64,000 bases of DNA from Trichoplax sp. H2 (lineage: Eukaryota): contig NOWV01000151.1 of NCBI GenBank assembly GCA_003344405.1, forward strand, positions 62,001 to 126,000, given 5' to 3'. Made by a program: the position numbers and the translations under genes. Positions 1 through 14,700 of the stretch are shown piece by piece. Under the pieces are notes generated by a model. That model had not been told where the DNA came from, did not search any database, and worked only from the letters and a program-made list of their open reading frames with translations. Position 1 is the stretch's first letter, and every line of letters starts with the position of its first letter.

Positions 1-58
1 ATGCAGAAAAATAGCCGCACTATAGTATACGAATACCAAGAACTACACCGATATTAAT

Positions 59-377
59 GTAATCCATTCAATGACCTGTACATATTATATATGCATGCAT
101 TATAGACTGTAATTACCAGCGTCCTATGTCTACGGACTGGAGCATTGACCAAAATAATTTTAAAATAGTACTACAGACAATGATAGCGTAATCCATCCAA
201 TGAGCTGTACGTATTATATAATATATATATACTAGTACAAACTCCCGTCGCTTTGCTGACGGTTTACGATAATGTGCTCATTTAACAGATAGTATTACCA
301 TTTGATAGACCTGTCAGATACGGACTGGAGCATCGACCAAATAATTTTAAAATAGTACTACATAATCCATTATAGCG
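59..377. repeat. Diverged tandem duplication (~129-bp unit; second unit ~59 bp longer)
   Basis: AATCCAT..CAATGA.CTGTAC at 61 and 190; TACGGACTGGAGCAT.GACCAAA(A)TAATTTTAAAATAGTACTACA at 131 and 319. Confidence 0.85.
232..289 (-). mobile_element. Putative 58-bp non-autonomous Helitron-like element
   Basis: The minus strand reads A|TC...CCGTCAGCAAAGCGACGG-GAGTTTGTA-CTAG|T: 5' TC, subterminal hairpin, 3' CTAG, AT target. Its size matches the extra length of the second tandem unit. Confidence 0.55.
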
Positions 378-403
378 ATATGAAGATTCAATTTTTATTG
401 CCA

Positions 404-1426
404 TTAATCGCATACAGCTGGTTTACGTAATCGATGGAAGTAATACATAATTTTGGGAGACATTGGATTGGTACAACAGTTCCAAGATGGTAAATACATA
501 AAATAGGCTTGACGAAAAGCGCTACAGTAATAATTATAAATCAAGGGATTAATAATAGTGGAAATAAGATAGAGAATGATACCTAAACGTATCATAAAGA
601 GACCAGTCCCTTTATTTTCTGTCGTAATCTTATCTCGAGCTGCTAGCATAGTTGGTACATAAATAACAACAGCGGTAAAAATCATAAAGGTCATAGTACT
701 GACTATTAACATTTTAAAAATATGCTTCCGACGATTTCGAACGGATAAGGCTATGCTATTATTGCTAATGATTAAATTAGCAATCGTGAATCGTGTAATA
801 TACATCCATATTCGAATGTAAGCAGTGATAATCATTATTAACGGTAAAAGATAAACAATAATACTGTAGATAATTAAATAATATCGAAATTGTTGAATAT
901 TGAAACTATATAATTCACATCGACAAGGTTCGCGAGGATACATTCGAAATAAATATAAATACGGAAAAGATAAACCAAAAGAGAGGGTCCATAACGAAAA
1001 GATCATTATAATTAGATTCCATTTTTTTCTGGCCAAGTTGTTATCTTTTTTTCTCAAGACCATAATTCTAAATCGTTCTATGCTAATTGCCGCCAGCGTA
1101 TAGATACCGACCGTGATACCACCGACAATGGTAACACCAGAAATTCTACAATAAGTATCAACATTAAAGGCCGTCCAATTAGGCTTTAAGACAAATAGTG
1201 AAATTCCAGAATGAAAAGATAAAGCAATGGCGGTGACAACATCGCCAAGAGCTAAATTGAAAATTAATACAAATAGCATTTTGTGGAGATCATTACATCG
1301 AATAATTGCAAAACATGAAATGCTATTTAGTATTAATGAAAGTACAACCAGTGGCAATAAATAGTAAAAAAATTTATTTTCTGAAGTATGGTCTCTAGCA
1401 TGATCGATATTAGTTAAATTATCCAT
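404..1426 (-). CDS. Rhodopsin-like (class A) GPCR, single coding exon, orphan
   Basis: 340-aa ORF with 7 hydrophobic segments and class A motifs: NLALGD (TM2), C at the start of TM3, AISIERF (D/ERY position), YLLPL (TM5), NPLIY (TM7). Confidence 0.93.
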   Translation of the reverse strand: MDNLTNIDHARDHTSENKFFYYLLPLVVLSLILNSISCFAIIRCNDLHKMLFVLIFNLALGDVVTAIALSFHSGISLFVLKPNWTAFNVDTYCRISGVTIVGGITVGIYTLAAISIERFRIMVLRKKDNNLARKKWNLIIMIFSLWTLSFGLSFPYLYLFRMYPREPCRCELYSFNIQQFRYYLIIYSIIVYLLPLIMIITAYIRIWMYITRFTIANLIISNNSIALSVRNRRKHIFKMLIVSTMTFMIFTAVVIYVPTMLAARDKITTENKGTGLFMIRLGIILYLISTIINPLIYNYYCSAFRQAYFMYLPSWNCCTNPMSPKIMYYFHRLRKPAVCD

Positions 1427-4400
1427 GACCTTCTATAAACTAGAATATCTGTCTTCAATTTCGTAACTTGAAAAGTAACCTTTTATCCTAAAGCATAAAC
1501 GCCAGTTTAGAGACCATTCAACCAATCATATGTCATTACCATTAAGACGAACTCGATCATAAATGATTTAATCAGAAATATAGCTGAATATATTCTAGCA
1601 TCAAATCAACATCTAAATCATAATCTATGTATAATTAATACATAGCCAAAACTTAACTCGACATAAACACGAATACAGTAGCTACCGTTATCTGAACGAA
1701 ATATAATTAGTAGAATATCTAATATGCACAACTGTATGACTGATCTAATGATGCCAAACAATAAGGGAATGTAACGCCATTAACAATAGTAGCGTCATAA
1801 ATTGATAATAAGTATTGATATCATTCACCGAGATTTTATAAGTATCTCAATGTATCTGAAATGACTTAGGTCACTTGAGTTTTGTAGAGATGGCGAAATC
1901 AATCTTGTTGAAGCTTGTTATATTTTATGATCGGTTTAAGTACATTAGAGCAATTCAGAGGAAAGCAATAAAAATAATAGCTTGATAAATAGTTAATCGC
2001 AGAATTTAATTATATGTGATTAATTTATTATTTAAAATGGAAAGCAGAATAGGTGAGAGATTATTCTATCTATAATTTATCGATGTTCTCCATAATCGTA
2101 TTATTTTCCATTTACGTAAATGGTGAGATACCATATACTTTATTCAATTAATACTGATCATAGGATCTACACTGCCAGCATGCTATAATATTTATTTTTC
2201 ACTGTTACAGACATTGGTAGCAATTGCTTTAGTCAACAATCATGAGCCATTATTAATGGAATAAGCACCCCCCCCAACGGTGGTGATCCAAAATTAGCAT
2301 GGCTAATAATTACATTAGACTCTTCTATTTTAGCAGAAACGGTACCAAGAGCAGGTTTGATACTATGCCGATAGCATCGAATAGCCGTGGATAAAATCAG
2401 TATCTTAGAATTAATATGTATTTAACTATAAAAATATAATATGACCATGATGCATTATAACTCAATCCAATTTCTGTGTTAAATGTTAATAAAAGTCTTT
2501 AGAATATGGAAAAAAGTATGGAAGAGAAGCTAATGTAGCAGCGTATAGCAATATTTTAAATCTAAAATATGTACATATTTTTATTTCTTTTCTTGTTGTA
2601 ATCATTTTTATAATCCGTCACTTACTCAGACTACTACACCCCATGTAAAACTACATTTGCTATACCATAAATTTAATTTACGCATTTGCTTCACTAAATT
2701 TAAATACATTTTCGGGTTAAAATTAACTTCCTTACGTGGGTAGATCTTTTAATTGGATGCGTTATAGCACCATTAGTTATTTAAATCAATTACGATAAAA
2801 ATAAGTGATAACAATATAAAATTAATTGCAACAATTTCGATTAACGTATCGAAATAGCGATGTCATACAATGCACGCCTTCTATTCATTCAGCAGATCGA
2901 GTTTATGATTTCAATCTTCATTATTTATGAATTTCTTTAAAAATATGAAGAAAAATGAATTATTACAATCAAATTATAGCTATAGCACCAAAATTTAATA
3001 ACATCTTGGACTACTAAAATATTCAGCAACCTAAATCATCATAATGGAGGTAAATTGCATCAACCTAATATCTTATTAATAGGCAACGAAATAATCACAG
3101 GTGGGTCGAATATGATGAACACTTTGATTGATATTACATTAATATGGCTATAAATCAAAAATATGGCTTGACGTAATAAATATCAATTATTCATGGAAAT
3201 TTTGAGACTTTATGTGACAAGTATATTCCTGTCCAGGATATTTTTGCACTACTGATATACTATACTAAGAGTAATATATAAATACAATAATTAGAATTAA
3301 AATAAATATCGCATCCAGTACTACTAACGTCATTGATTCGAGCTTAATGAAATAATTGAAATTGCGTTTGCATTTATACATCCATTAACTTTTAATATAT
3401 AATTCCACGATATTGATCCCAAATTAAATTCTTTAATTAATATTTTGAAGAAATATCTGAAGAAGATTTACAATTGACAGATTCCTAATTTTCCCCAGCT
3501 ACATCCTATATGCAGCATAAACTACATTTAGTGCTAAAGCTACTTCACGCTTTAAAATATTATTTAAACGTTTTTCTTTCTAACAATCTATCTGACAAAG
3601 ACAAATGTATCATACGTCATTAACACTATATATTATAATCCTGCAAACGCAGTTACGCTATATTAAATAATAGCATTTTATATCATTTTAGACTTGCACA
3701 GATAGCTAGCTTAACGAAATTTTAATGACATTACCATATTAAATAATCCGGTAAAAACCGTTACAGTTCTTTAAATTGTGTAGAGTAGCGTCATGATAAA
3801 GTCCATAATTCTGATTGCATTTCTTCACTGCTATTCTTAAACGGCTCATTCTCTAATTTATTTATATTCTTAAAATATAAATGTATAGCGCTTTTAAATG
3901 AAATAAATTGCGTTAAGACTTTGAGTTTACTTTATCACTCACCTTGTCTCAGCTTTGTTTTTTGATTTTATACGAGAGTATAGGTATATACTAAAATAAT
4001 TTTCTATATATTGTTACAAAGAAGGAACATTGTCTGCTGTTAATCATAAAAGAGCTAATTTTTGATACTACTTTACTTTATATCAACCATAACTAGAGTC
4101 TTGCATAAAACTGGGCATAAGTAATTCTATAATATACAATAGAAGTGTACCCAAATAAAAAATCTTTCCATAGAGAGCAGGCTGTCCACGTAAAATCCAA
4201 ATTTAAAAAATTGGCTACATTTGTCGATGCAATTTAATCATCTCGAATATCAAGTGCAGTCATATTCTCTTCGTGATATTGCTATCCTATTCACTGATAA
4301 GGATAGGAAATAATTAAAATTTTCTTACAAAATATTTTTAGTTGCACGAAAACATATCGAAATTAACGATAGTACATTTCTTCAAAGTCTCTGAAGCCGA

Positions 4401-4505
4401 TTAATCATGTCATACTGTTTCTATTCACAGAAGTTAAGTACAAATATTAATAGTTCTATGCCCTTTGTTGATAGAAATTTTTAGTAAGCTAGGATTACTT
4501 AAGAA

Positions 4506-5674
4506 AAAGAGTGAATTACGTAAGCTTGCTGCGTAGAAGCCCTTTCATTTTGGCTGTATCAATTAATCCTCATTATCATTAATCGCGCATATAGTTTTAA
4601 ATCAACGCTCTAGATAATCGCTAAACTTCTATAATAATTATGTAAAGAATATGTGTTGCTTTAAGAACAGCTGCATCGTGATTACGGCATATTATTAAAA
4701 AGCTGCTTTAACTGGTCTATTCTCCTTAAAACAAGATCGAAGTTACGGCTGCAAGCTAATAAATTGATTATAAAAGAACCTTTGTGCAAACAAAAGGTCA
4801 TTATATAATAATATTTTATTTAGAAGATTCTCAATTATATTAAGACTACGACGGCGATAAAATTGCAATGATTTTAGTATGCTCTTACATAGTTATAGCA
4901 CGATAATACCAAAGAATTTGACGTAACAACGTGACATAAAAATCTTTTCATAAAATAATAATTAGTAATATTATTTGTATTGCAATGTAATATTNNNNNN
5001 NNNNNNNNNNNNNNAAAGAGTGAATTACGTAAGCTTGCTGCGTAGAAGTCCTTTAATTTTGGCTGTATCAATTAATCCTCATTATCATTAATCGCGCATA
5101 TAGTTTTAAATCAACGCTCTAGATAATCGCTAAACTTCTGTAATAATTATGTATAGAATATGTGTTGCTTTAAGAACAGCTGCATCGTGATTACGGCATA
5201 TTATTAAAAAGCTGCTTTAACTGGTCTATTCTCCTTAAAACAAGATCGAAGTTACGGCTGCAAGCTAATTAAGAGTTGAAAATTTATTAGTAAAAATATA
5301 ATAACAACTTCAATAGAATATTCAAAACGAGATTATTATTATCGCTGTATTACGGTAATCAAATTTTCATAGTAGTCATATTGTTTCTAATTATGCTACA
5401 AGTCGGTACATTTAAGGGTGTTTTCATCCATAAAGATAATAAATTGATTATAAAAGAACCTTTGTGCAAACAAAAGGTCATTATATAATAATATTTTATT
5501 TAGAAGATTCTCAATTATATTAAGGCTACGACGGCGATAAAATTGCAATGATTTTAGTATGCTCTTACATAGTTATAGCACGATAATACCAAAGAATTTG
5601 ACGTAACAACGTGACATAAAAATCTTTTCATAAAATAATAATTAGTAATATTATTTGTATTGCAATGTAATATT
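4506..5674. repeat. Near-identical duplicate flanking an assembly gap (4506-4994 vs 5015-5674), probably two haplotypes
   Basis: The copies abut the 20-N gap (4995-5014). They differ by about 5 substitutions in 489 bp and by a 171-bp indel (5270-5440) bounded by TAAT. Confidence 0.9.
4995..5014. other. Assembly gap
   Basis: Run of 20 N. Confidence 1.
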
Positions 5675-7248
5675 ACAGTTACATAATCGACTGTCAATTG
5701 GAGTAGCAGAGTGTCTTGCTATATCCGTATACCATGCTGCTATACGTTAAAAGATCTGATATAACAAGGTTTTAAAAATGTAGGGACGTTAGCAGTATTA
5801 ACTAATCATAAAAATAACCAAGAAATTATTACTTAATTTTAACTACTTGGATAGGAATCATTCTCAAATTCTTTTCTTACATGATTAAGTAAAAGTTAAA
5901 ACATATTGTTGAACTTATTTTAATTACCGGTAGTCTACAGATTCAGATAATGACTTCATGATACAAAGTAATATTGTTACCTCATTCAACGGATTTAATT
6001 TGCATACTCCAAACACCGCAATCTTTCTTTTATTCAACAATAACCTCTAAGGAAACATGTCATACACTACCGTGTAAAATACTAACGTTATGTTTCAATT
6101 ATCTAGTTTTTAATTGACTTCTTTATATTCATTTCCTAAGGTAACTTTAGAATATCATTTTAAATTCTTTATATAGGTTAAAAGCTTGCAATAACTCTAT
6201 CAACTGGAAATACTGTTTTCATAATGAATATCCTTAATAAAGTTGTGTATTCTTAATTTTGGAACTGATCAACAATTTATACGTAATTATTCCTACCTAC
6301 AGGTATTTATATTATTCTTATCAAGAGATCGATATCATTTTTGCGCCGACGTAGTGAAGCATATCATAGCTATCAGCGAATTTTTTTTCTTCATAGCCAA
6401 ATTCTCATGATTAATAAATACGTTAAGGCGCATAATTTATGATCGCTTATTCTCTCTAATACATCATTATAATGGTTCAGAAACCTTGATTAATAAACAT
6501 ACACTTTCGATCGCTTGAGTTACGGTGCTTAACGACTACGGTTGTAAAGTACCTTTAAGAATGTGTGCAATGTTGGCATCTTTTTAGGATAAGGTCCGGC
6601 ACCTATAAAGATTTAGTTTAGCTTATAGCATGACTAGCTTAGCGTTGTAAAGAGTAATCCAACATTGCTGTAAATACAGTGTAAGCGTATTACCATCAAT
6701 GCGCCAGGTTGGCTAACACCTTTCATAAATTCACATATCCATTTCAACACTCTTGATTGAGAAAAATCAACTAGCGTTAGTTATAGCTTTTATCAGTGTT
6801 AATAAAACGCGTTAGCAAATCTGATACATTTCGGTCAAATTTATATGCAAAGTTATCAGCACATCATAGCAAGTATTTATGAGCAATCAATGAGACAACA
6901 AAATTTTAAAATCAACATATTTTATGTAAATACCCTTCATAGAGCGCATGGCTCTATTACGTCTACTGATTGTAAGAATATAATTGGATGAACTTTACTC
7001 AATCACATATTAGTTTTTTCACGCAAATTGCAAGGAGGGAAAAAAGGGCTGTAGAATTGCAATCGTCCTAAATCATCGATCATGTTCGATCGAAGTATGT
7101 TGTAAAACAAATTGAAAATCGCGATGAAATATAAATTAGTAATATAAGGAACTTATTAAGCCTATCTAACAGGATTAATTCTTGAACTAAGAAATAGCCT
7201 TGGTCAATGAATTATAAGAGTTAAGATTCTATTTTGAGCCAAGGGTGA

Positions 7249-7256
7249 TGACGTCA
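7249..7256. promoter_or_regulatory. Perfect CRE palindrome TGACGTCA
   Basis: Exact CREB/ATF consensus, about 50 bp from an X-box and upstream of the 8701 gene. Function is inferred. Confidence 0.4.
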
Positions 7257-7305
7257 GGGAATAATTAATCAAGTACAATACGATCTCAATGGGCTAATGG
7301 ATCAT

Positions 7306-7319
7306 GTTACTATAGCAAC
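7306..7319. promoter_or_regulatory. RFX X-box (GTTACTATAGCAAC)
   Basis: 14-bp near-palindrome matching GTHNYY-AT-RRNAAC. It lies ~370 bp upstream of a likely 5'-UTR donor (CAG|GTAAAT at 7694). Confidence 0.55.
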
Positions 7320-8700
7320 GGTTGAGGAAAGATTCATGAAAATGACCCCTGATACGGGTTGTCGTCATATCCACTTGGATACCGATTTATTTTTAGTTTA
7401 TTGGTATCATGATTGACATCAATAAATCCGTGATTAGAGATGATAGTGTAAGCTACGATTAAATGTCAATTTACATACACATCCCTATCGTGTCTATACG
7501 CAACAGGATAGATCTATTTTCTATGGTAAATGCTGTACTTGTAGGTAGAGCTTCCATCCTAGTGATAGAATCAACACATAAACTTTTCTTACTATTCTAT
7601 CATATTAAGTGGTGCGCATTTAAATGATTACACCTTCTGAATAAAAAAACATTATAGAAACGAATTTGAAGTCAGAAGTGAATTAGGTCTCAGGTAAATA
7701 AGGGTTTTTTTCCTCTTAATTTTATCTAGATAGGTTTCTTTGTACAACATGGTTCAATATAAATGTTATTTTTTGGAGTCTGATGTTTAAGGAATCAACC
7801 ACAATCGAGTTTATCCCGTTATCGTTTTCACTTATTTATTTTATTTAATAGAATTTAGACTAACTAACAGCAACAAATTGTACTATACTTTATATCGAGT
7901 AGAAGAAAAATTAGAAACAGTGATAGCAGAACAATATTTGTTTCTACACCTTTTATTAATTCATCTCCAGACTAAACACAATTGATGCATCGCTATCCGC
8001 TATCGTAAGTAATATCTCGATTAACTAATCATGACCTGATCAATAACAAATTCTATCCGATCGTAGCATCATCAAACTACTGTATAGATTCAGAAAAACA
8101 TTAACGAAAAGGGTAGATAATATCAATATGGACATCCTTCCCAACTTAATTCTAAATTCTTATCCACTAAACTCTTATCAATTTTGTCTAACTAATCTCA
8201 ATATTATCGAGTGAACTATTCCATTCGATATCTGCAATAGAAAATTTTATCAATAGATTGTACAAAATTTCCCTCCGCTTAAAAGAACAAATAAATTTCA
8301 TTTACGAACTAGAGAATAAAATTAACTTAGTTAAGTCTTATCTTCATAATATACAGTACGGTACCATTTGCACATTAACAGATAATATACTAGTGTTCTT
8401 TCTAAATCAACAAAGTTAAAAAATTATATAGTAATTGATTTTTCTACATAACAACTTAAATTTCGCTTTTACAAAGCTTAAAAATCATACCAAAAAAGTA
8501 TGGAAACTTCTTAACAGCAGATAGAAATAATTTGCTAATTGACAAATAACTTGCTAATGGGTGATATTTTCTATATGATGCCCAAATATCATTAACGTAT
8601 GACATTTAGGCTCTTTTCTAAACTTTCTTTATCCAACTTTGTTAGGACAGGTTTATAGTTTGAAGAGAAAAAAGAATACTGAAACTTACTATTACAAACA

Positions 8701-11700
8701 ATGGGCACATGCATAGCTCCAGAAGCGCCTAAAGGCCCACCGGCTCAAGTTATATCATCACCACCGGCAGATTATACTGGTAGAAATGCTAGTAATCCTT
8801 ATCAATCACCTGCAGTGGATACAACTATCCCTACAGGAGCACAGCAACAGCAGCAACTACAACAGCAACAACAATATCAACAACCATTTCTACCACCTCC
8901 AATGGAACAAAATGTCGGACAAGCTAATCTTAACCATCAAGAAATGACTGATACAAATACAGCATCGAATAATCAAAAATTGCCAACAGCACCTTCAGCT
9001 CCTCTAGAAATGCCACAAAAGCCAGCACCATCAGTGAAAGACCGCGTTAAAACGCCACCAGTACCTAAAAATCAACAAGAACGATTCGTCGACGAACAAG
9101 ATGATACAAATGAGCCTAGTAGAAAAGCAACACCTCCACCACAATTCGATAGTAAAGCCTCCCATCAAGGCAATGATAGTGATGAAGATTATGAAGATAT
9201 TGAACCTGTTGATGTAAACGAGGAAGTGGTTAAACAATACATGATTTTCGAAGAACAAATTATTCGCCTGAAGAAAACTTACAGTCATCAGAAATTAGAT
9301 CACAGCCATTCAAACATGAAAGTATTACAAGAAAATATCCAAGTAGCTACTAAAAAGTTAGAAGATTTAAAGAGACAAACGTAAGTTCGATACCTCTATT
9401 CTATTTAGCTTTGTCTCTTAAAAATAATTTGAATTTTGAATTTAAATCTGGATATGGCATCAACAGGCGTATAATTTATGCATATCTTTAGCACTTTATG
9501 ATTTTCTGGAACGCCCAATCTTTACGTTAATTCTCACACATTTTTATTGTGACAAATCTCTAAGCATACGCTCTTCCTCATAGTAGTCTCTCACTTGTAA
9601 TATCAAATATTATCTGAAAATATTTCGATGTCTTAAAGTAGATAGAAATTGTACTAAATTCATATTCTACCATACCTACATTATCATTGTTCTATCCTGT
9701 GTTCTTGCTCCTAAGTTCAAAAGGATAGTAGGACATAAGGCAACGTCTACTCTTTACCTTATTGAGTCCAATTTCATTTATAGTATTATAGTAGCTACGT
9801 CAAGAACTATTTAAATCCATTTATAGCAAAGATTACAACAGTTTTATAGACCCTTTTCTGATCTATGCTGTATTGATATCAATAATTCTTAGTTTTGAAC
9901 TTTACTATTTTCATCCTTGATATTTTATCTCATACCCGCTATTCTATCACCGGAATTACCTTGCCCACTTAATTATTTATTCCAGACTAAGCTGCCCATT
10001 TGTAGATAAACCTTGTTATCAAATATATAATAACAGACTACGAGAAATTACGAAATATAATAAAAATATGGGGAAAAGATCTTACTGATTACCGTACTAA
10101 TGGAAAGCTAAATGGGATAGTGTAATAACGACATAATATCATAATAATATCAATACAATTGTTAGGTAAGGGCTAATTTAGAATCAAACACGAAGAAAAA
10201 CGCTCATTTTGTTAACAAAATACGATAGTAGATATAATCGAATATTCATCAACATTCGATCGAACTCACAGTCAATAAATCTATTTAATAAGTATCTTAA
10301 TAGCTGTAAACAACTGTATAATCAATCATGTAAAATCATGCCGTGCTCTACGAGCGATAAATAGCGTTACTCAAGACCTGTACCCCACTTGAAAGAAAAT
10401 TCTTTGAAGTTTATTCTATTTCACGGATGAAGAAGACGAACAACGAGGGGTGGGGAAAGGCTCAATCAAATGGGCTGCTAAGGTTATTTGACCACGTAAA
10501 CAAATGTGCTTCATTATACTATAGAAGAAAATCCTTATGTAGTAGCTAAGAGATAGTGAGATTTAGATCGAATTAGAAACTGTCAAATCATTTTCAATTT
10601 TTCATTATCATTAATCATATGAAGTAACATCATCAGATTTACTTCCTAAAATTACAGATTACTTTAGCATATTTATACGAATATTTAGTCTTGCTGACTT
10701 ACTATTACAACTAGTCAATTAACAGATTCTTTCTAAAGAATCGATTTGAGGTATAGTAGCTAATACAGTAGTAGAATCGCTTCTTTAAATACCAATTTTA
10801 TTAATCGAAAGATGGAACTCCTTGCATCTGTCGTTTCCGCATCTCTTGTTCAAAAAATAAACAAATCGGCTGCATTTTAATACAATATTCATTACTACGG
10901 CTGAATAAAATAAAATAAAATTGTCCCCCGTAGACATTTCCTTTATATTTTGATCGCCAATTAAAATGACTAGTTTGATCGGTCGATAATCATGAATTAC
11001 ATTGTTATCACTATCATATGTTAAAAGCACGTAGTTTATAAAATAGCAATTAGCTTATCGCCATACTATATAGGAAGACTTTTTTTACAGTTAATAAAAC
11101 GTTATAATGATGAACATTGATACAGTCAGCATCGATTAAGTTCCATTTATTGGAACTCGTGCACATATATACGAAAAAATATCTGTCGGATGAAATTGAA
11201 GGTTAATACTCGTATGTTTAAGTCGTAATTCAAATTCAATATAGAGAGAAGTACATTAATTGGATATACATAAAAAGACGATTTTTGTTTTTCGATTAAA
11301 ATCAGATATCTCGCGACGACGATGAAAGTATTTGATCTAACATTGTCTGTCATTACGTCTATGAAAATAGACAAGAGGCTCTGATTCTATCCAAATATTC
11401 TCTTATATTATTCTTGAATAAGAAAAACAATCACAATACCGTTACATTATAATTGCCGAGATAGGTATAGTGGATATTGTTCGACAATCCAGTGATGAAA
11501 AATAATCAGCGTTTCTAACGAGTTTATTATCATTCTACGTCATCTATTATCCAAGCCAATTTCATTTGTATTCATCAACCCCTTTAAATAAATTGTTTTA
11601 AAGTAACAATACTGCAAATCATACTTTAAATCAAATAGCTATTTTATTAAGGACAAAATATGATAAAGGCAACCGTAACACGATTATTGTATTTGCCTTG

Positions 11701-14700
11701 GAAATCATAGTCGAGCAGACAATTACTATCAATTTATGCAATTCATTAAGGCATTAGCAAATAGATCATTAAATCTGCCGTAGAAAAACTATTTTCCATC
11801 CACTATCCAAATGATTTCTTATTACTTAAGGTCAATTCTAATATGGTGAATAAACCTCATCTAAAATTTATACTGATTTACTGAATTAACCGAACGCTAA
11901 AGCAAATAACTACCGCACCAATACATTTACGTGCTTCTATTTACTTAACGTCTAGCTCTTAAACAATTTCTAAACCGTCCCTGAAAATCTTACGTCCCAC
12001 ACTCAGCGACTATAAAGAATCAATAACCACACACAAGCTAGTTAATTTTATCTAAAAGAATATTTTTATTATATACCAAAGACGGTGAATTTGCTTTGAA
12101 AAATAATCGTGTAATACACTTTAACAGTGAATTGGCTCTATACTAAAATTAAACTACCAAAGTAACAAATTAGGAGATTCAAGTTGATTTCAGACGTCCT
12201 ATATGGTCAAAAAATGATAATTTAATTCTGAAATTTAATTTCAATTAATGATCAGTGGGTCCTACATAAAAATTAATCTCCTACCAGAATCAAGCAATGA
12301 TTGCATCGTAATTTTATTAAAAAAATAGATTGAAATAGAACTTTAAAATCTTCATAAATAGTCAAACACTAACCGAATAATCACTCCCACAAACTTACAT
12401 AACTTAATTGCTGCTAGTTCCATTGCTGAACGTAGAGAACTTAGGCATTACCATGGAATCATCTTTAACGAATACACATATTAGTATGCACATAGGAAGA
12501 AGATCAAATAAATAGGTATTATTAACAAACTATAGTATAATAATATCGAAAAAGCGCCTTTCCCTAGTTTGAATGCATATTACTATTGTGCAAATGGTAC
12601 CATTGAATAGAATCTGTGAATAATTGCCCTTTTGGAAAACTTCATTGCGTAGATATCATGATTGTATGTCGTTCGAAGTAATAGTTTAGAGTATAAGTTT
12701 TCTTTATGGGAATAGCATCAATGTCAGCGAGGCGATGGAATGTTCTAGTTTATTCATTAAGGAGAAAATTAAATCATTGTTATGGAATCTTATTTACTAT
12801 ATCCTGCTCTAATAGAAAGCTAAACCATCCATTTCATCCGACTTATAACAAATTCAAATAAAGTAACTGGTAGAAATGAAACAGAATTATGCTTCGGCAT
12901 ACGATCAAATCACGAATTAATCTATAACCTCGGCAATTAAGAATAACGACTGAATCCTTCTTAAAATTCATGGAGCAAAATCTTTAATTCGTCTAATTTA
13001 TAAATGGTTACACTAAAAATCCCTTGATTTTTCCTGAGTATGATACAAATCAGCAATTGATAGAAAAGTAAATAATTTATTTATTACATGCGTAAAGCGG
13101 TTAATAAAAGCGATTCCTAAACCCTCTTAAAATTTTACTATTTCATTAGTAAGTCAAAACTAAATTACCAATTCATTTACCGTGTAGAATTGATAACAAG
13201 CAATATCAAATTTACTCAAGGAAACATACAATATATTCGATCAGAGTAACTAAAATTGATTATCGAGTTGTTGTGGAGGTTAAACGATATTGTAGAGATT
13301 CTATCTATTGCACTGTTCAATTCAGTTTAGAAACTTAATAAACTTATTATCGAAATTGAGCCTTCTCTGTAAGTCGAATCTTATAAATAGCACTAAATGA
13401 CATCGCGTAATAAGTGTATCTCTGCTAAAAAAACTTACGGCAAATGTATGTATTATAAGAGTTAAAGGTGTTCTTTCTATTCTCTATTTCATCTACCAGT
13501 TAATATATTATGTATTGGGTTATCATGATTATGCTATTAAAATTTGTCGGGTTCTTTATCCTTTTCCAACATATTCTGATTATTACTCACTAAGAGTAAT
13601 CTATTTACTGGTTGGACATCGGAAATAGTTCAGAAATATATACAGCCATTTTTATGCAAGAGAAAATGATTATAATTGAGATTTAATTAATATGAATTAT
13701 CTACCAATTGTATAGATTATGTCCCTCTTTTAAAGGAGCTGTAAATTCAATTTATTTTCGAGCTAGAATTCCATTGCCTAGAGCTAAATGTCGTAGAAAA
13801 CTATTAGTGAATATCATGAATAATTAGTATATGATCTATACTGTTGCTAAGTAAATAAAATACCTCTTTCTATACGTTATTGATTGGATAACTAGCCAAT
13901 CCCTAATGAAGAAAATCAGATTTCAAGGTTGTCTTATTTTGAATTAGGTTCTATACTTGCATAGATACATCGAAATAGATAACAATGTCGTTTAATTTCT
14001 TTCTTTCGGTTGAATTCTTACAAATTATCCCTATGCTGCTCCAAAATTGTTTAAATAGTGCTGGTGTTAGCAGGATTATGTACGGTTGAATACGCAACTA
14101 TTTGATATACTGCTAGCTAATATACTACTAAACAGCGATATTATATTGGAGTTTCAATGCTTCATTTGCACATTATTGCTATGTATAGCTTATTCCAACC
14201 CAAACAGTTAATATGCATTCATATCAACTATACTTATATCTGATAATAATTTTATGCCCGTACGCGTATGTGTATAGTTTCGTTGTGAGTCATCCTTAAA
14301 TATTTTGGTTAATTGTCAATGCTATCATCTGTTGCAGTATGCATTCTTTTGGCTTCTGTAGTTTAAATTACACAATATAAAGGCAACATTATAAGTAACA
14401 AATTGTGATTGAATTAATTGCTCTCACTAATCACTTAATTTCAACATGTTTTTTTTAATAGTGTTAAAGAATACAACGATGTTATTCAAATACAAAACCC
14501 ATCTGTCAAGGCTTTATTCATTAACCAAGCTCAACATGTTGCCGCCGTGGATAAAGAGCAGCGTGAATATGTTGAAGCATTAAATCGTCAAGAGGTGGCT
14601 GATAAAGAATTAGATGCTTTAAAACATCAACATCAAACCTTACAACGTGAATTCCAAGACGCTGAAAAGGGCATGCAAGAATTGAAATCTTTGCGCGAGC

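Noticed and set aside
2211-2354. Exon-like GC-richer segment (...GISTPPNGGDPKLAWLIITLDSSILAETVPRA)
   Set aside because: Contains an in-frame TGA, and no family was recognised.
2986-3153. Open frame containing ILLIGNEIITG, like the CinA/FAD-synthase IGDEIL.G motif
   Set aside because: Isolated motif; no further compatible exons were identified.
10428-10482. Possible alternative first exon MKKTNNEGWGKAQSNGLL, phase-compatible with exon 14462
   Set aside because: Weak donor (GTTATT) and no independent support.
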